A stretch of 64,000 bases of DNA from an uncultured Syntrophaceae bacterium (GCA_964506465.1 CAZDLM010000002.1:92636-156635); one strand, 5' to 3'; positions 1 to 9,771 are shown, counted from the first letter of the stretch. Numbers and translations: made by a program. Notes: generated by a model from the letters alone, not told the origin.

Positions 1-1249
1 CCGGCACAAAATAGCCCGACACGACGTCGGCGAGTCTCTGTATCGGCGCCCTGCTTCGCTGGGCCTCGGCCACCATCCTGACAATTTGCGACAGCACGGT
101 TTCAGCGCCGACCTTTTGGGCCTCCATGATCAATGAGCCGGCGCCATTGACCGTCGCTCCGATGAGCTGATCCCCCGGGCGTTTCTCGACCGGCATTGCT
201 TCGCCCGAAATCATCGATTCATCGACGCTGCTTGAGCCTTCCAGAACGGTGCCGTCCACGGGAATCTTTTCCCCGGGGCGGACTCTCAGACGATCGCCCT
301 TCATGACCCGTTCCAGCGGAATATCGTGCTCATTTCCGTCGGCATCCATTTTCCTGGCAGTCTTCGGCGCCAGGCCCAACAGCGCCTTCATGGCCGCGCC
401 GGTCCGGCTTCTCGCCCCCAGTTCCAGCACCTGTCCCAGGAGTATCAGCACGACAATGACGCCCGCTGCCTCAAAATAGACCCCCACGGTGCCTTCCGCT
501 GTCCGCATCGCCGCCGGGAAAAGACGCGGAAACAACACGCCGACCAGGCTGTAAATGTAGGCCGCCGAAACCCCGAGTCCGATCAGGGTAAACATGTTCA
601 AGCTTCTGTGAATGACGGACTGGACGGCCCGGACGTAAAAGGGCCACCCGGCCCAAATGACGACCGGCGTCGCGAGGACCAGCTCCAGCCACTGATAGGT
701 CTTGACGGCGGCCAACGTATTCAGAAACGGGCCGCCGGGGACAAGATCGCGCATGGCGATCATCACCAGGGGGAGCGTCAGGATGGCTCCCACAATGAGC
801 CGCCTGCGCATGCCTTCATATTCCGGATTTTTCTCTTCATTCGTCATCGACGCGGTTTTCGGCTCCAATGCCATGCCGCATTTCGGACAGTTCCCAGGCC
901 GGTCTCGGACGATTTCCGGATGCATCGGGCAGGTATATTCGATCTGCGCTGCAGCGGGCGTCGCAGTCCTTGGTTCAAGCGTCATGCCGCATTTCGGACA
1001 GGACCCGGGGCCGGCCCGGCGAATCTCGGGGTGCATGGGACAGGTATAAATCGCCGCGCTCTTCGCTGGATCCCTCTCCCGCGAACGCTCCGCATCGGTA
1101 CGGGCATCCAGATAGGACTCGGGATTCCTGTCAAAGTCCTCTTTGCAGGATTTTGAGCAAAAATAATAGGTGCTGTTCTTGTACGTCGATTTGGCGACAG
1201 CGCCGGAGTCTTCGATGGTCATGCCGCAAACAGGATCTGTAACCTTCAT
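1..1249 (-). CDS. Heavy-metal (Cu-type) translocating P1B-type ATPase, N-terminal ~416 aa; 3' end runs off the window
   Basis: Absent from the ORF track (no stop inside the window). My own minus-strand translation starts at ATG (complement of 1247-1249). It gives [39 protein letters not shown] (TRASH/YHS-type Cys motif) and two tandem [21 protein letters not shown] modules. TM helices follow, then actuator-type [12 protein letters not shown] and ...[23 protein letters not shown] at the window edge. Confidence 0.9.
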   Translation of the reverse strand, partial: MKVTDPVCGMTIEDSGAVAKSTYKNSTYYFCSKSCKEDFDRNPESYLDARTDAERSRERDPAKSAAIYTCPMHPEIRRAGPGSCPKCGMTLEPRTATPAAAQIEYTCPMHPEIVRDRPGNCPKCGMALEPKTASMTNEEKNPEYEGMRRRLIVGAILTLPLVMIAMRDLVPGGPFLNTLAAVKTYQWLELVLATPVVIWAGWPFYVRAVQSVIHRSLNMFTLIGLGVSAAYIYSLVGVLFPRLFPAAMRTAEGTVGVYFEAAGVIVVLILLGQVLELGARSRTGAAMKALLGLAPKTARKMDADGNEHDIPLERVMKGDRLRVRPGEKIPVDGTVLEGSSSVDESMISGEAMPVEKRPGDQLIGATVNGAGSLIMEAQKVGAETVLSQIVRMVAEAQRSRAPIQRLADVVSGYFVP

Positions 1250-1382
1250 GACAAATGGTCCTTCACGCCCGTACCCATGGAAGTGTTCGTGCAGACCGGC
1301 CCAAAGATTGGGCATGACCATTTGGACCCGTCGAAAATCATGCTGCGATGAGTCGCTTCATAGTGAATTCCTTTGTGGACCG

Positions 1383-1688
1383 CTATTCGCCGATGTCCTT
1401 TTTCATCTTTTCGAATTCTTCCTTCGTGATTTCGCCCCTGGCGTAACGCGATTTGAGAATCTCCAGCGGGGACTGGCCGTGTTTGTCGGCCGGTTTCTCC
1501 TTCCGCAACATCAGAAAGATGACGACGGCGACAAGAATAATAAACGGCACTCCCATGAAAACGCCTCCGAATCCATGGCCTATCATATGATCCCAGCCGC
1601 CGCCTGGACCATAGCCCGGACTTGAACACGACACCAACGACGGACCGCTGGAGACCGCGATCAGCAGACTTCTCGTTCCCCTCGTCAT
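1383..1688 (-). CDS. SHOCT-domain small membrane protein
   Basis: ORF 1383..1745 trimmed to the internal ATG (complement 1686-1688), which has AAGGAG about 8 nt upstream. One TM helix (GVPFIILVAVVIFLML) and a C-terminal SHOCT-like motif LEILKSRYARGEITKEEFEKMKKDI. Confidence 0.75.
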   Translation of the reverse strand: MTRGTRSLLIAVSSGPSLVSCSSPGYGPGGGWDHMIGHGFGGVFMGVPFIILVAVVIFLMLRKEKPADKHGQSPLEILKSRYARGEITKEEFEKMKKDIGE

Positions 1689-2118
1689 CCTGGCGCTCCT
1701 TTCACGCAGTTCGACTGATTTTTTGAAGCCCGTCGACCCGGGCACTGCATGGCTCCGGCGGATTCGTCTGTCGAATCACCGGATCTCGATGCTTATTTTC
1801 GTGCATTTTCTCCGGCGGGACCATCGGGCAAAGCCTGAAATGACGCCCTCGAAATATCTTAGACCGCGCCGGGGAATGCCTCCCGATCTTCCGGCATGGG
1901 TGTCTCTTCCCGATCCCTCTCCGCCTTCCGTTCTTCACTGGTAGCTTTCTCCTACCTTTTTCCTGACTCTTTCTCCGTATTTCCTTCGTCGGGCGAGTGC
2001 ACTAACTTATCATGAAGATTACACAATCGATTGTGCGTCCCTCGGTCGCGGCCGGCCTTGCCCTGACCTTTCGCTCACAACTGGAGAGTCCATCCTATCG
2101 AGTTTTCGAGGAGGCCTC

Positions 2119-2661
2119 ATGGAAGAAACCGGCACAGTCCCGGACGATAAAACAGGCGATGAGATCGGCGCGCGCCGACGGTTCCTCAAATGGGCGACGG
2201 GGATCCTCACCCTGCTCTGCGGGACGATTGTAGGCATTCCACTCCTCGGCTCTTTTGTCGGCCCGGCCTTCAGAACCTCGAAAACCTCCTGGATCAAGGT
2301 CGGTGATATCGGAACGCTGCCGCTCGGCCGACCCGTCAGCCTGAAGGTCGTCGACATGCACGTCGATGCCTACGTCCGGGAATCAGTGATCCGCCACCTC
2401 TGGGCGGTCCGGCACGGCGGCGCCGAGGTCACGGTCTTTTCTCCCACCTGCACGCACCTGGGCTGCCAGTACACCTGGAACGCCGCCAGCGGGCACTTCG
2501 AATGTCCCTGCCACGGGAGTGTCTACGCGCTTGATGGGACGGTCCTCGGCGGCCCCGCTCCCCGCCGGCTCGATACCCTGCCGACGCGGGTGGAAAAGGA
2601 CGGGCTCTATGTCGAATGGAAGCGCTTCAGAAGCGGCGACCCGGAAAAACATCCTGTGTAG
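2119..2661 (+). CDS. Rieske 2Fe-2S subunit of a cytochrome bc-type complex
   Basis: Twin-arginine leader RRRFLKWATG. Rieske boxes CTHLGC and CPCHGS. GAGGAGG RBS before ATG 2119. Confidence 0.9.
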   Translation: MEETGTVPDDKTGDEIGARRRFLKWATGILTLLCGTIVGIPLLGSFVGPAFRTSKTSWIKVGDIGTLPLGRPVSLKVVDMHVDAYVRESVIRHLWAVRHGGAEVTVFSPTCTHLGCQYTWNAASGHFECPCHGSVYALDGTVLGGPAPRRLDTLPTRVEKDGLYVEWKRFRSGDPEKHPV

Positions 2662-2672
2662 GGAGGCATCCC

Positions 2673-4628
2673 ATGTTCTCGCGGCTTGCCGGCCGGATTT
2701 TTGATTGGATCGATGAGCGGTGGCCCCTTTCCTTATCCGTCCGCCTGGCCCTGGACGAAGACATGGCCGGGGGCAGCAGCTACGCTTACGTATTCGGCAG
2801 CTCCGCCCTCATCGTCTTTCTTCTGCAGGTCGTAACGGGGATCTGGCAGCTCTTCTATTATGTCCCCATCCTCGGCCACGGGTACAACAGCCTGAACTAT
2901 CTGCGCACGGAAGTGCCCTTCGGCTGGCTGATCCACGGGCTCCACTTCTGGGGGGCCACGGCGATGGTCGTCCTCGTGATGCTCCACATGTCCCAGGTCT
3001 TTCTCTGGGGGGCCTACAAACGGCCCCATGAACTCCAGTGGATCAGCGGCGTCTTCCTGTTCCTTCTGACGATGGGGATGAGCCTGACCGGGGGGGCGCT
3101 TCCCTGGGACAAGCGCAGCTACTGGCTTGTGGAGGTCGCATCGAGCGCCGCGGGGACGGTTCCGCTTGTCGGCGATTTCATCAAGCGGATCATGCTGGGA
3201 GGCGGGGTCATCGGCCAGTTGACGCTCTCCCGGTTCTTCATCCTCCATGCCGCGATCCTCTCCGGCGCCCTGCTCATCCTCGCCGCTTTTCACCTCGTCG
3301 CCCTCCGGAAGGTCGGGAATGCGGGTCCATGGGATGAGAGGAAACGCGCGGAGACGGGGCCCTTCTGGCCGGATCAGGTATTCAAGGACGGTCTTGTCGC
3401 GAGCCTGATCATCCTGCTCCTTGTGGGCCTGTCGGCCTACCTGCCCCCGCCCTTTGCCGGCATGGCCGACCCCCTGGATGCGTCCTACATCCCCAAGCCC
3501 GAATGGAATTTTCTTTTTTTCTATCAGGCCTTGAAGTTCTTCCCGGGCCGTCTCGAGGTGATCGCCACCGTAGGAATTCCCGTCATCGGGACGCTGGTCC
3601 TCCTCCTCATCCCCTTCGCGGACAGGGCGCCGGAACGCAGCCCCCTGCGGCGCCCCATCGCCATGGCGGGATGGCTAGCCGCAGTGGTGATGTTCGTCGC
3701 CTTCACGCTGGCCGGGGCGTACAGCAAGCCGGAAGGTCTCGAGGCCGTCGCGGCCGCACCCGCTGCGCCCGCCACGTCGGCCGGACCATCGGCCGGTGAA
3801 ACGGCCGGGAGGGAACTCTTCCAGTCGCTGGGATGCGTCGCCTGCCACCGGATCGGCGGCGCCGGCGGAAGCATCGGTCCGGATCTCTCCGGCGAAGGGC
3901 TTCGGGGAAGATCGAAGGATTGGCTGGAAAACCAGATTCGCAACCCGAAGTCCAATAACCCCGCCTCGGTGATGCCGCCGTTCGCGGCGCTGGACCGGGA
4001 CAAGGTCGGACAGTTGATCGATTACCTGCTCAGCCTCCGGGAGAAGGCGCCGGCAACCGGGCCCGCAGCGGCGGGCGGCGGAACGACCGTACCGGCTGCG
4101 GCTGTCCCGGCTACGGCTGTTCCGGCGGGTCCGCAGGGGGGACCCGGCATGGCCGCCGTCATCATCGGCAGCGCCGATCATGGGGCGCTTCTCTTCGCGA
4201 ACACCTGTGCCTCCTGCCACGGTCCCGAGGGGACCGGCAAGATCACCAACCCCGGCTCCGCGGATGGAACGATTCCGTCTCTGAACCCGGTCGACCCGGA
4301 CGAATTCGGTCCCGACCCGGAGGGCTTTGCCGAAAAGATCGACCGCTACATCCAGCACGGTTCCCGGCCGGAAGGGCCAAATCCCGGCATCAGCATGCCT
4401 CCTTTCGGAGACACCCATGCCCTGACGCAGCAGCAGATCGCCGATATCGAGGCTTACATCCTCCGGCTGAATGGAGTGGACCGGGCTGCCGTCAAGTCTC
4501 CCGGGATCGCTCCGGAGATTTTCTTCCTCGCCGCCGCTGTCCTCTTCGTACTGGCCGGATTGACCCTGTGGGGTTGGTGGAGGTTTGCGGGACCCCGCAA
4601 AGGAAAGAGAAAGGGGATGGGATCGTGA
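2673..4628 (+). CDS. Cytochrome b fused to a C-terminal dihaem cytochrome c
   Basis: ORF 2616..4628 trimmed to ATG 2673 (GGGAGG RBS just after the Rieske stop). The multi-TM N-terminal part carries cytochrome b-like stretches (GWLIHGLHFWGATAMV, PEWNFLFFY). The C-terminal part has two CxxCH sites (CVACH, CASCH) and a terminal TM helix. Confidence 0.9.
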   Translation: MFSRLAGRIFDWIDERWPLSLSVRLALDEDMAGGSSYAYVFGSSALIVFLLQVVTGIWQLFYYVPILGHGYNSLNYLRTEVPFGWLIHGLHFWGATAMVVLVMLHMSQVFLWGAYKRPHELQWISGVFLFLLTMGMSLTGGALPWDKRSYWLVEVASSAAGTVPLVGDFIKRIMLGGGVIGQLTLSRFFILHAAILSGALLILAAFHLVALRKVGNAGPWDERKRAETGPFWPDQVFKDGLVASLIILLLVGLSAYLPPPFAGMADPLDASYIPKPEWNFLFFYQALKFFPGRLEVIATVGIPVIGTLVLLLIPFADRAPERSPLRRPIAMAGWLAAVVMFVAFTLAGAYSKPEGLEAVAAAPAAPATSAGPSAGETAGRELFQSLGCVACHRIGGAGGSIGPDLSGEGLRGRSKDWLENQIRNPKSNNPASVMPPFAALDRDKVGQLIDYLLSLREKAPATGPAAAGGGTTVPAAAVPATAVPAGPQGGPGMAAVIIGSADHGALLFANTCASCHGPEGTGKITNPGSADGTIPSLNPVDPDEFGPDPEGFAEKIDRYIQHGSRPEGPNPGISMPPFGDTHALTQQQIADIEAYILRLNGVDRAAVKSPGIAPEIFFLAAAVLFVLAGLTLWGWWRFAGPRKGKRKGMGS

Positions 4629-5470
4629 AGACACTCTTGTCGCTCATCGGCCTTCTGGCCCTGCTTTGCGCCCCGAACGGCTACGGGCATCAGACCCTGA
4701 CCACCGCCGCCGACGAGAACGGGGAGGTCGGCATCGAGGAGAAGACAGGGCAGGCGATTCCGAAGGATCTCGTTTTCCGCGACGAAGGCGGTGCGAAGGT
4801 CCGCTTCGCGGAGCTCCTCGGGAAGCCGGCGATCCTGACCCTCGTTTATTACACCTGCGAACACATCTGTCCCCTCATGCTGAGCGGCCTTTCCCAGGCC
4901 CTTCCCAGGCTCGCGAAAACAGCAGGCAGGGACTACCGCGTGCTCACCGTCAGTTTCGACGAAACGGACACCCCGGAAAAGGCCCGGGACGTCAGGAAAA
5001 ATTACATCAAGGCCGTCGGCCCCGCGTTCCCTGAAGAGGGATGGAAATTTCTCACCGGCGACCGTGACAACATCAAGAGATTGACCGAGTCCGCCGGTTT
5101 CCGCTTCAAGAAGGACAAGGTCCACGGATTCGACCATCCCGTCGTCCTGATCTTCCTGTCTCCCGAAGGAAGGATCTCGAAGTATCTCCAGGTGACGCAG
5201 TACCAGTACGGCGCCGAATATCCGATCACCTTTTCCTCCTTCGACCTCAACGTCTCGCTCGCCGAGGCGGCCGAGGGGAAGAGCGTGACGGGGCTCCGGA
5301 AGGCCCTTCTCTACTGCTTTTCCCACGAGCCGCCGGGGCTGAGCCGGTTCTTCTATTTCATCGGCGTGACCGGACTCGTCACCCTTGCGGCGATGGCGGG
5401 CCTCTTCATGTACCTGCAGGCATCGACGCGGCGCTATCGAAGGGGAAAGGAGTACGACCTTGAAAGATAA
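4625..5470 (+). CDS. sco: SCO1/SenC-family copper chaperone (thioredoxin fold)
   Basis: GTG 4625 overlaps the cytochrome b stop (GTGA). N-terminal hydrophobic leader LLSLIGLLALLC. CxxxC motif YYTCEHICP plus downstream FDHPVV. C-terminal TM helix. Confidence 0.8.
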   Translation: MKTLLSLIGLLALLCAPNGYGHQTLTTAADENGEVGIEEKTGQAIPKDLVFRDEGGAKVRFAELLGKPAILTLVYYTCEHICPLMLSGLSQALPRLAKTAGRDYRVLTVSFDETDTPEKARDVRKNYIKAVGPAFPEEGWKFLTGDRDNIKRLTESAGFRFKKDKVHGFDHPVVLIFLSPEGRISKYLQVTQYQYGAEYPITFSSFDLNVSLAEAAEGKSVTGLRKALLYCFSHEPPGLSRFFYFIGVTGLVTLAAMAGLFMYLQASTRRYRRGKEYDLER

Positions 5471-7079
5471 ATCCCCCTCGACAGCCGGCTTCTACGGAAG
5501 GACCGGAACAAACCGATGGGTCGTCGCGGAATGGATGATGTCCACCGATCACAAGCGGATCGGCGTCATGTACCTGATGGCGATCCTCTCTTTCTTCTCC
5601 GTCGGCGTCGTCCTGGGCTTCATGATCCGCCTGAGCCTCCTGTCTCCGGGCTGGCTCATGGACCAGCAGACCTACAACGAGTTTTTCACGATCCACGGGG
5701 TCATCCAGATCTTCCTCTTCATCATCCCGGGCATTCCCGTGGCCTTCGGGAACATCTTCCTGCCCCTCCTGATCGGCGCCCGGGACGTGGCCTTTCCCAG
5801 GATCAACCGCCTCTCCTGGTGGCTTTACGTAACCGGGGCGATCCTCGTACTCGCATCCCTCTTCCTGCAGGGCCGGCCGCCCGACACGGGATGGACCTTC
5901 TACGCCCCCTACAGCATCCAGACGCCAGCCAACATCTCGACGGCGGTCCTCGGCGTCTTCGTTCTCGGCTTCTCCTCCATCCTCACGGGCCTGAACTTCG
6001 TTACGACGATCCACCGGATGCGGGCGCCGGGAATGAAGTGGTTTCGCATGCCGGCCTTCCCCTGGACGCTCTATGCGACCGGCTGGGTACAGATGCTGGC
6101 GACGCCGGTCCTGGCCATCACGCTCCTCTTCATCGTCCTGGGGCGTTTCTTCGGCGTCGGATTCTTCGACCCCTCCAAGGGGGGAGACCCGATCCTCTAC
6201 GAGCACCTCTTCTGGATGTATTCCCATCCCGCCGTCTACATCATGGTCCTGCCGGCCATGGGGATCATCAGCGAGATCATCCCCGTCTTCTCGCGGCGCG
6301 TCCTGTTCGGGTACACGGCCATCTGCCTTTCCGCCCTGGGAATCGCCGCCGTCGGCTACTTCGTCTGGGGTCACCACATGTTCACGAGCGGCATGAGCGA
6401 CACGGCCCGGGTGATCTTCTCCTTCGTCTCCTTTCTCGTCGCCGTGCCGACAGGCGTCAAGATCTTCAACTGGGTCGCGACCCTCTACAAGGGGTCGATC
6501 TCCATGGACAGCCCGCTGATCTTCGCCGTCTCCTTCATCTTCCTCTTTTCCATCGGCGGGCTCACGGGCCTTATCATCGGGGCGCTGGCGCCGAATCTCC
6601 ACCTCCACGGCACCTATTTCATCGTCGGCCATTTTCACTACGTCATGTTCGGCGGGGCCGGCTTTTCCATCCTCGCCGGGCTCCACTACTGGTTTCCCAA
6701 GATCACCGGACGGCTGTACAGCGAGAAATACGCCAAGATCGGCTGGCTGAATCTCTTCTTCGGCTTCAACCTCCTCTACTTCAGCATGTTCATCCTCGGG
6801 TTCCAGGGCATGCCGCGGCGGTACTTCGACTACCCGCCGGAATACTTCGCGAACCACGTGGCCTCGACCGTCGGGTCGTGGTTTCTGGCCGTCGGCCTCG
6901 TCATCATCTTCGCCAACCTGATCCGGTCGGTCTTCAGGGGGCCAAAGGCGCCGGCGAATCCTTGGGGAGGCAGGACGCTCGAATGGACGGTCGCCTCTCC
7001 GCCGCCCCATGAGAATTTTGAGCAGTTGCCGGTGGTCGAGCGGGGTCCCTATCGCTATGACGAAGAAGCCGTGAGGTAG
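5460..7079 (+). CDS. ctaD: Haem-copper (cytochrome c) oxidase subunit I
   Basis: WMMSTDHKRIGVMYL, WGHHMFTSGM and GHFHYVMFGG stretches, with about 12 TM helices. Start placed at TTG 5460 (AAGGAG 7 nt upstream). The longest ORF start (5385) would overlap sco by 86 nt. Confidence 0.9.
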   Translation: MKDKSPSTAGFYGRTGTNRWVVAEWMMSTDHKRIGVMYLMAILSFFSVGVVLGFMIRLSLLSPGWLMDQQTYNEFFTIHGVIQIFLFIIPGIPVAFGNIFLPLLIGARDVAFPRINRLSWWLYVTGAILVLASLFLQGRPPDTGWTFYAPYSIQTPANISTAVLGVFVLGFSSILTGLNFVTTIHRMRAPGMKWFRMPAFPWTLYATGWVQMLATPVLAITLLFIVLGRFFGVGFFDPSKGGDPILYEHLFWMYSHPAVYIMVLPAMGIISEIIPVFSRRVLFGYTAICLSALGIAAVGYFVWGHHMFTSGMSDTARVIFSFVSFLVAVPTGVKIFNWVATLYKGSISMDSPLIFAVSFIFLFSIGGLTGLIIGALAPNLHLHGTYFIVGHFHYVMFGGAGFSILAGLHYWFPKITGRLYSEKYAKIGWLNLFFGFNLLYFSMFILGFQGMPRRYFDYPPEYFANHVASTVGSWFLAVGLVIIFANLIRSVFRGPKAPANPWGGRTLEWTVASPPPHENFEQLPVVERGPYRYDEEAVR

Positions 7080-7083
7080 AGCC

Positions 7084-7689
7084 TTGAGCGAGGAAACGGG
7101 TCATATCGATTCCGAGGGGAAGAAGATGGGGATGTGGTTTTTCCTCTTCACCGAAATCCTCTTTTTCGGCGGCATGTTTCTGCTCTACTCCGTCTTCCGC
7201 CACAAGTTCCCTGCCGACTTTCACCGGGGCGCGGCCGGGGAGGACCTCGTCCTTGGAACGGTCAACACGGCGGTTCTCCTGACGAGCAGTTTTTCCATCG
7301 CCCTTTCGATCGCGGCGATCCGGAAAGGGGACAAGATCCTGTCGGCCTGGATGCAGCTCGCAACGATCTTCATGGGGATCGTCTTTCTCGTCATCAAGTA
7401 TGTCGAGTGGAGCGCCAAGATCGCCGTGGGGATCTATCCCGATTCGCCGGTCCTCCTCGATCTGGGCAAGGGCGAGATCCTCTTCTTCGGGCTCTACTAT
7501 GTCATGACCGGTCTCCATGGGCTCCACGTCCTCGTCGGTGTGGTGGTCATTGCCTTCATGATCCATTTCACGCGCAGAGAAACGATCCGCCGGGACAACT
7601 ATGCGCGTCTCGAAAACACCGGCCTCTACTGGCACTTCGTCGACATCGTCTGGATCTATCTCTACCCGCTTTTCTATCTGGTTACGTGA
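7084..7689 (+). CDS. ctaE: Cytochrome c oxidase subunit III
   Basis: MGMWFFLFTEILFFGGMF and LYWHFVDIVWIYLYPLFY, typical of subunit III. Lies 4 nt after the ctaD stop. Confidence 0.9.
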   Translation: MSEETGHIDSEGKKMGMWFFLFTEILFFGGMFLLYSVFRHKFPADFHRGAAGEDLVLGTVNTAVLLTSSFSIALSIAAIRKGDKILSAWMQLATIFMGIVFLVIKYVEWSAKIAVGIYPDSPVLLDLGKGEILFFGLYYVMTGLHGLHVLVGVVVIAFMIHFTRRETIRRDNYARLENTGLYWHFVDIVWIYLYPLFYLVT

Positions 7690-7699
7690 GGAGCCCGCT

Positions 7700-7993
7700 G
7701 TGAAAGAGTCCGTTTCAGGAAATTTCATCGGTCATGCCGGAATCTATACGGCCGTCTGGCTGGCCCTGCTCGTTCTTCTCGCCGCGACCGTCGCGATCGC
7801 GAGGCTCCAGCTCCTGGCCCGTTTCAGCGCTCTGGGATCGCTCTTCATCGCATCGCTGAAGGCGGGGCTCGTCCTTGCCTTCTTCATGCATCTCCGGGAG
7901 GAGGGAAGATTTCTGAAGGCCATGCTCGCCCTTACTGTTTCCGTCCTGACGCTCCTGATCGGGCTGACCTTTATCGACGTGGTATACCGCTGA
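7700..7993 (+). CDS. Small oxidase subunit IV-like membrane protein
   Basis: ORF 7601..7993 trimmed to GTG 7700 (10 nt after the ctaE stop). 97 aa with three predicted TM helices. Position and size fit a prokaryotic caa3 subunit IV. Confidence 0.65.
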   Translation: MKESVSGNFIGHAGIYTAVWLALLVLLAATVAIARLQLLARFSALGSLFIASLKAGLVLAFFMHLREEGRFLKAMLALTVSVLTLLIGLTFIDVVYR

Positions 7994-8002
7994 GGCAATG
8001 TC

Positions 8003-8905
8003 ATGATTCTCGGACCCTCCAATACGACGGGGAAAGTGGACGACGCATTTGTCATCATCGTCGCCTGCTGCGTGATCCTGCTGGCGGCAGTCACCGTCAG
8101 CATGGTCGTCTTTCTCTTCAAGTACAACCGGAAGAGGCACCCGCGTCCGGAACACGTTAAGGAGAACATCCCCCTGGAGATCATCTGGACGGTGGTCCCC
8201 ACGATCCTCGTCCTGCTCATGTTCTACTTCGGCTGGGTCGACTTCGAGCTGATCCGCAATCCTCCCAAAGACTCCCTGACGGTTCAGGTGACGGCGCGCC
8301 AGTGGTCCTGGCTCTTCACCTACGACAACGGCAGGCAGCACGACATCCTGAACGTCCCCACCGGAAGGCCGGTGAAGCTCCTCATGACATCCGTCGACGT
8401 CCTCCACTGTCTTTTCATCCCCGCCTACCGGATCAAGGAGGATTGCGTCCCCGGGATGACGACCCACCTCTGGTTTACGGCGAATGAAGCGGGGACCTAC
8501 GACATCTTCTGCACGGAGTATTGCGGCGTGGGCCACTCCCATATGCGCTCGAAGCTCGTCGCGATGACGCCGGAGGATTTCCGGAAGTGGATCGACACCG
8601 CGCCGGGGAAATCCCCCGCCGATCTCGGGCCGAGGCTTCTTCAGGCGAAGGGGTGCCTGGGCTGCCATTCCCTGGACGGCAGCGCGAAGGTCGGGCCGAC
8701 GTTCAAGGGTCTCATCGGAACGGAAGAAACGGTGATCGTCGCCGGCGCGGAACGGAAGATCACGGTGGACAAGGCCTTTGTCCGCGCGCACATCCTGAAT
8801 CCCCGGGCGGAGACGGTCAAGGGTTTCCCGCCGGTGATGCCTGCGATCCCGATGACGGATGAGGAGCTCGATGCGGTCACAGCCTATCTGGAGACGGTGC
8901 GATGA
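8003..8905 (+). CDS. ctaC: Cytochrome c oxidase subunit II with fused cytochrome c domain (caa3-type)
   Basis: Two N-terminal TM helices. CuA motif FCTEYCGVGHSHM. C-terminal CLGCH haem c site. Confidence 0.9.
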   Translation: MILGPSNTTGKVDDAFVIIVACCVILLAAVTVSMVVFLFKYNRKRHPRPEHVKENIPLEIIWTVVPTILVLLMFYFGWVDFELIRNPPKDSLTVQVTARQWSWLFTYDNGRQHDILNVPTGRPVKLLMTSVDVLHCLFIPAYRIKEDCVPGMTTHLWFTANEAGTYDIFCTEYCGVGHSHMRSKLVAMTPEDFRKWIDTAPGKSPADLGPRLLQAKGCLGCHSLDGSAKVGPTFKGLIGTEETVIVAGAERKITVDKAFVRAHILNPRAETVKGFPPVMPAIPMTDEELDAVTAYLETVR

Positions 8906-9771
8906 CGGTGCGAGAGATCCTCGGCGCATATGCATGCCTCGGCAAGGTGAAGATCTCCTTCCTCGCTTCCCTGTCGGCTGCGGCCGGTCTCCTCCTCGCC
9001 GGCGGCACGCCGGGGACAGCGCCGGCCTTGATCGCGGGTGTCTTTCTTCTGGCGTGCGGCGCATCCGCCCTGAACCAGTACCAGGAGCGGGACGCGGATG
9101 CCCGGATGGCAAGAACCGCCGCAAGGCCGATCCCGGCGGGCAGGATCCGTTCCACCGCCGCCCTGCGCTTTGCCGCCGTCCTGATCGCCCTGGGCGACGC
9201 GCTTCTCTTCCTCGGCGATTCCTGGACGGCGCCGCTGCTCGGGCTCGCCGCGGTCTTCTGGTACAACGGGGTCTATACCCCGCTGAAGGTCCGCAGCGCC
9301 TTTGCGGCGATTCCCGGCGCCCTGGTGGGCGCCATTCCGCCCGCGATCGGCTGGACGGCCGGGGGAGGCGGTCTTGGGGACCCGCCGCTCCTGGCGCTAT
9401 GCTTTTTCTTCTTCATGTGGCAGGTGCCCCATTGCCTTGTTCATCTGGCGGCCTTCGGACAGGAGTACGAGGAGATCGGCCGTCCCTGCCTGACGTCGGT
9501 CTTCACCGGGAGGCAGCTCGACCGCCTCACCTTCCAGTGGCTCCTTGCGACGGCGGTGAGCCTGCAGATGATCATCGTCCAGGGGCTGATCGGCTCGCCG
9601 CTCATCCAGGCCTCTCTCATTGCCGTTTCGCTCGGGCTTGCCTTTGCAGGAACCCGACTGCTGAAAAGGAACAGGCCCGGTTACCCGGCCCTGTTCCAGG
9701 GAATCAATGTCTTCATGCTTGCGGTGTTGCTCCTGATTTATCTCGATGCCGTTCCGCGGCATCTGCCGTAG
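8902..9771 (+). CDS. ctaB: Protohaem IX farnesyltransferase (haem O synthase)
   Basis: ATGA overlap with ctaC. UbiA-family motif ALNQYQERDADARMARTAARPIPAG. Polytopic membrane protein. Confidence 0.9.
   Translation: MTVREILGAYACLGKVKISFLASLSAAAGLLLAGGTPGTAPALIAGVFLLACGASALNQYQERDADARMARTAARPIPAGRIRSTAALRFAAVLIALGDALLFLGDSWTAPLLGLAAVFWYNGVYTPLKVRSAFAAIPGALVGAIPPAIGWTAGGGGLGDPPLLALCFFFFMWQVPHCLVHLAAFGQEYEEIGRPCLTSVFTGRQLDRLTFQWLLATAVSLQMIIVQGLIGSPLIQASLIAVSLGLAFAGTRLLKRNRPGYPALFQGINVFMLAVLLLIYLDAVPRHLP

Noticed and set aside
5406-7012. Long alternative-frame ORFs (534 aa on the minus strand, 498 aa on the plus strand) over ctaD
   Set aside because: They overlap a gene with clear haem-copper oxidase subunit I motifs. 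Their own translations are compositionally biased with no recognisable domains.
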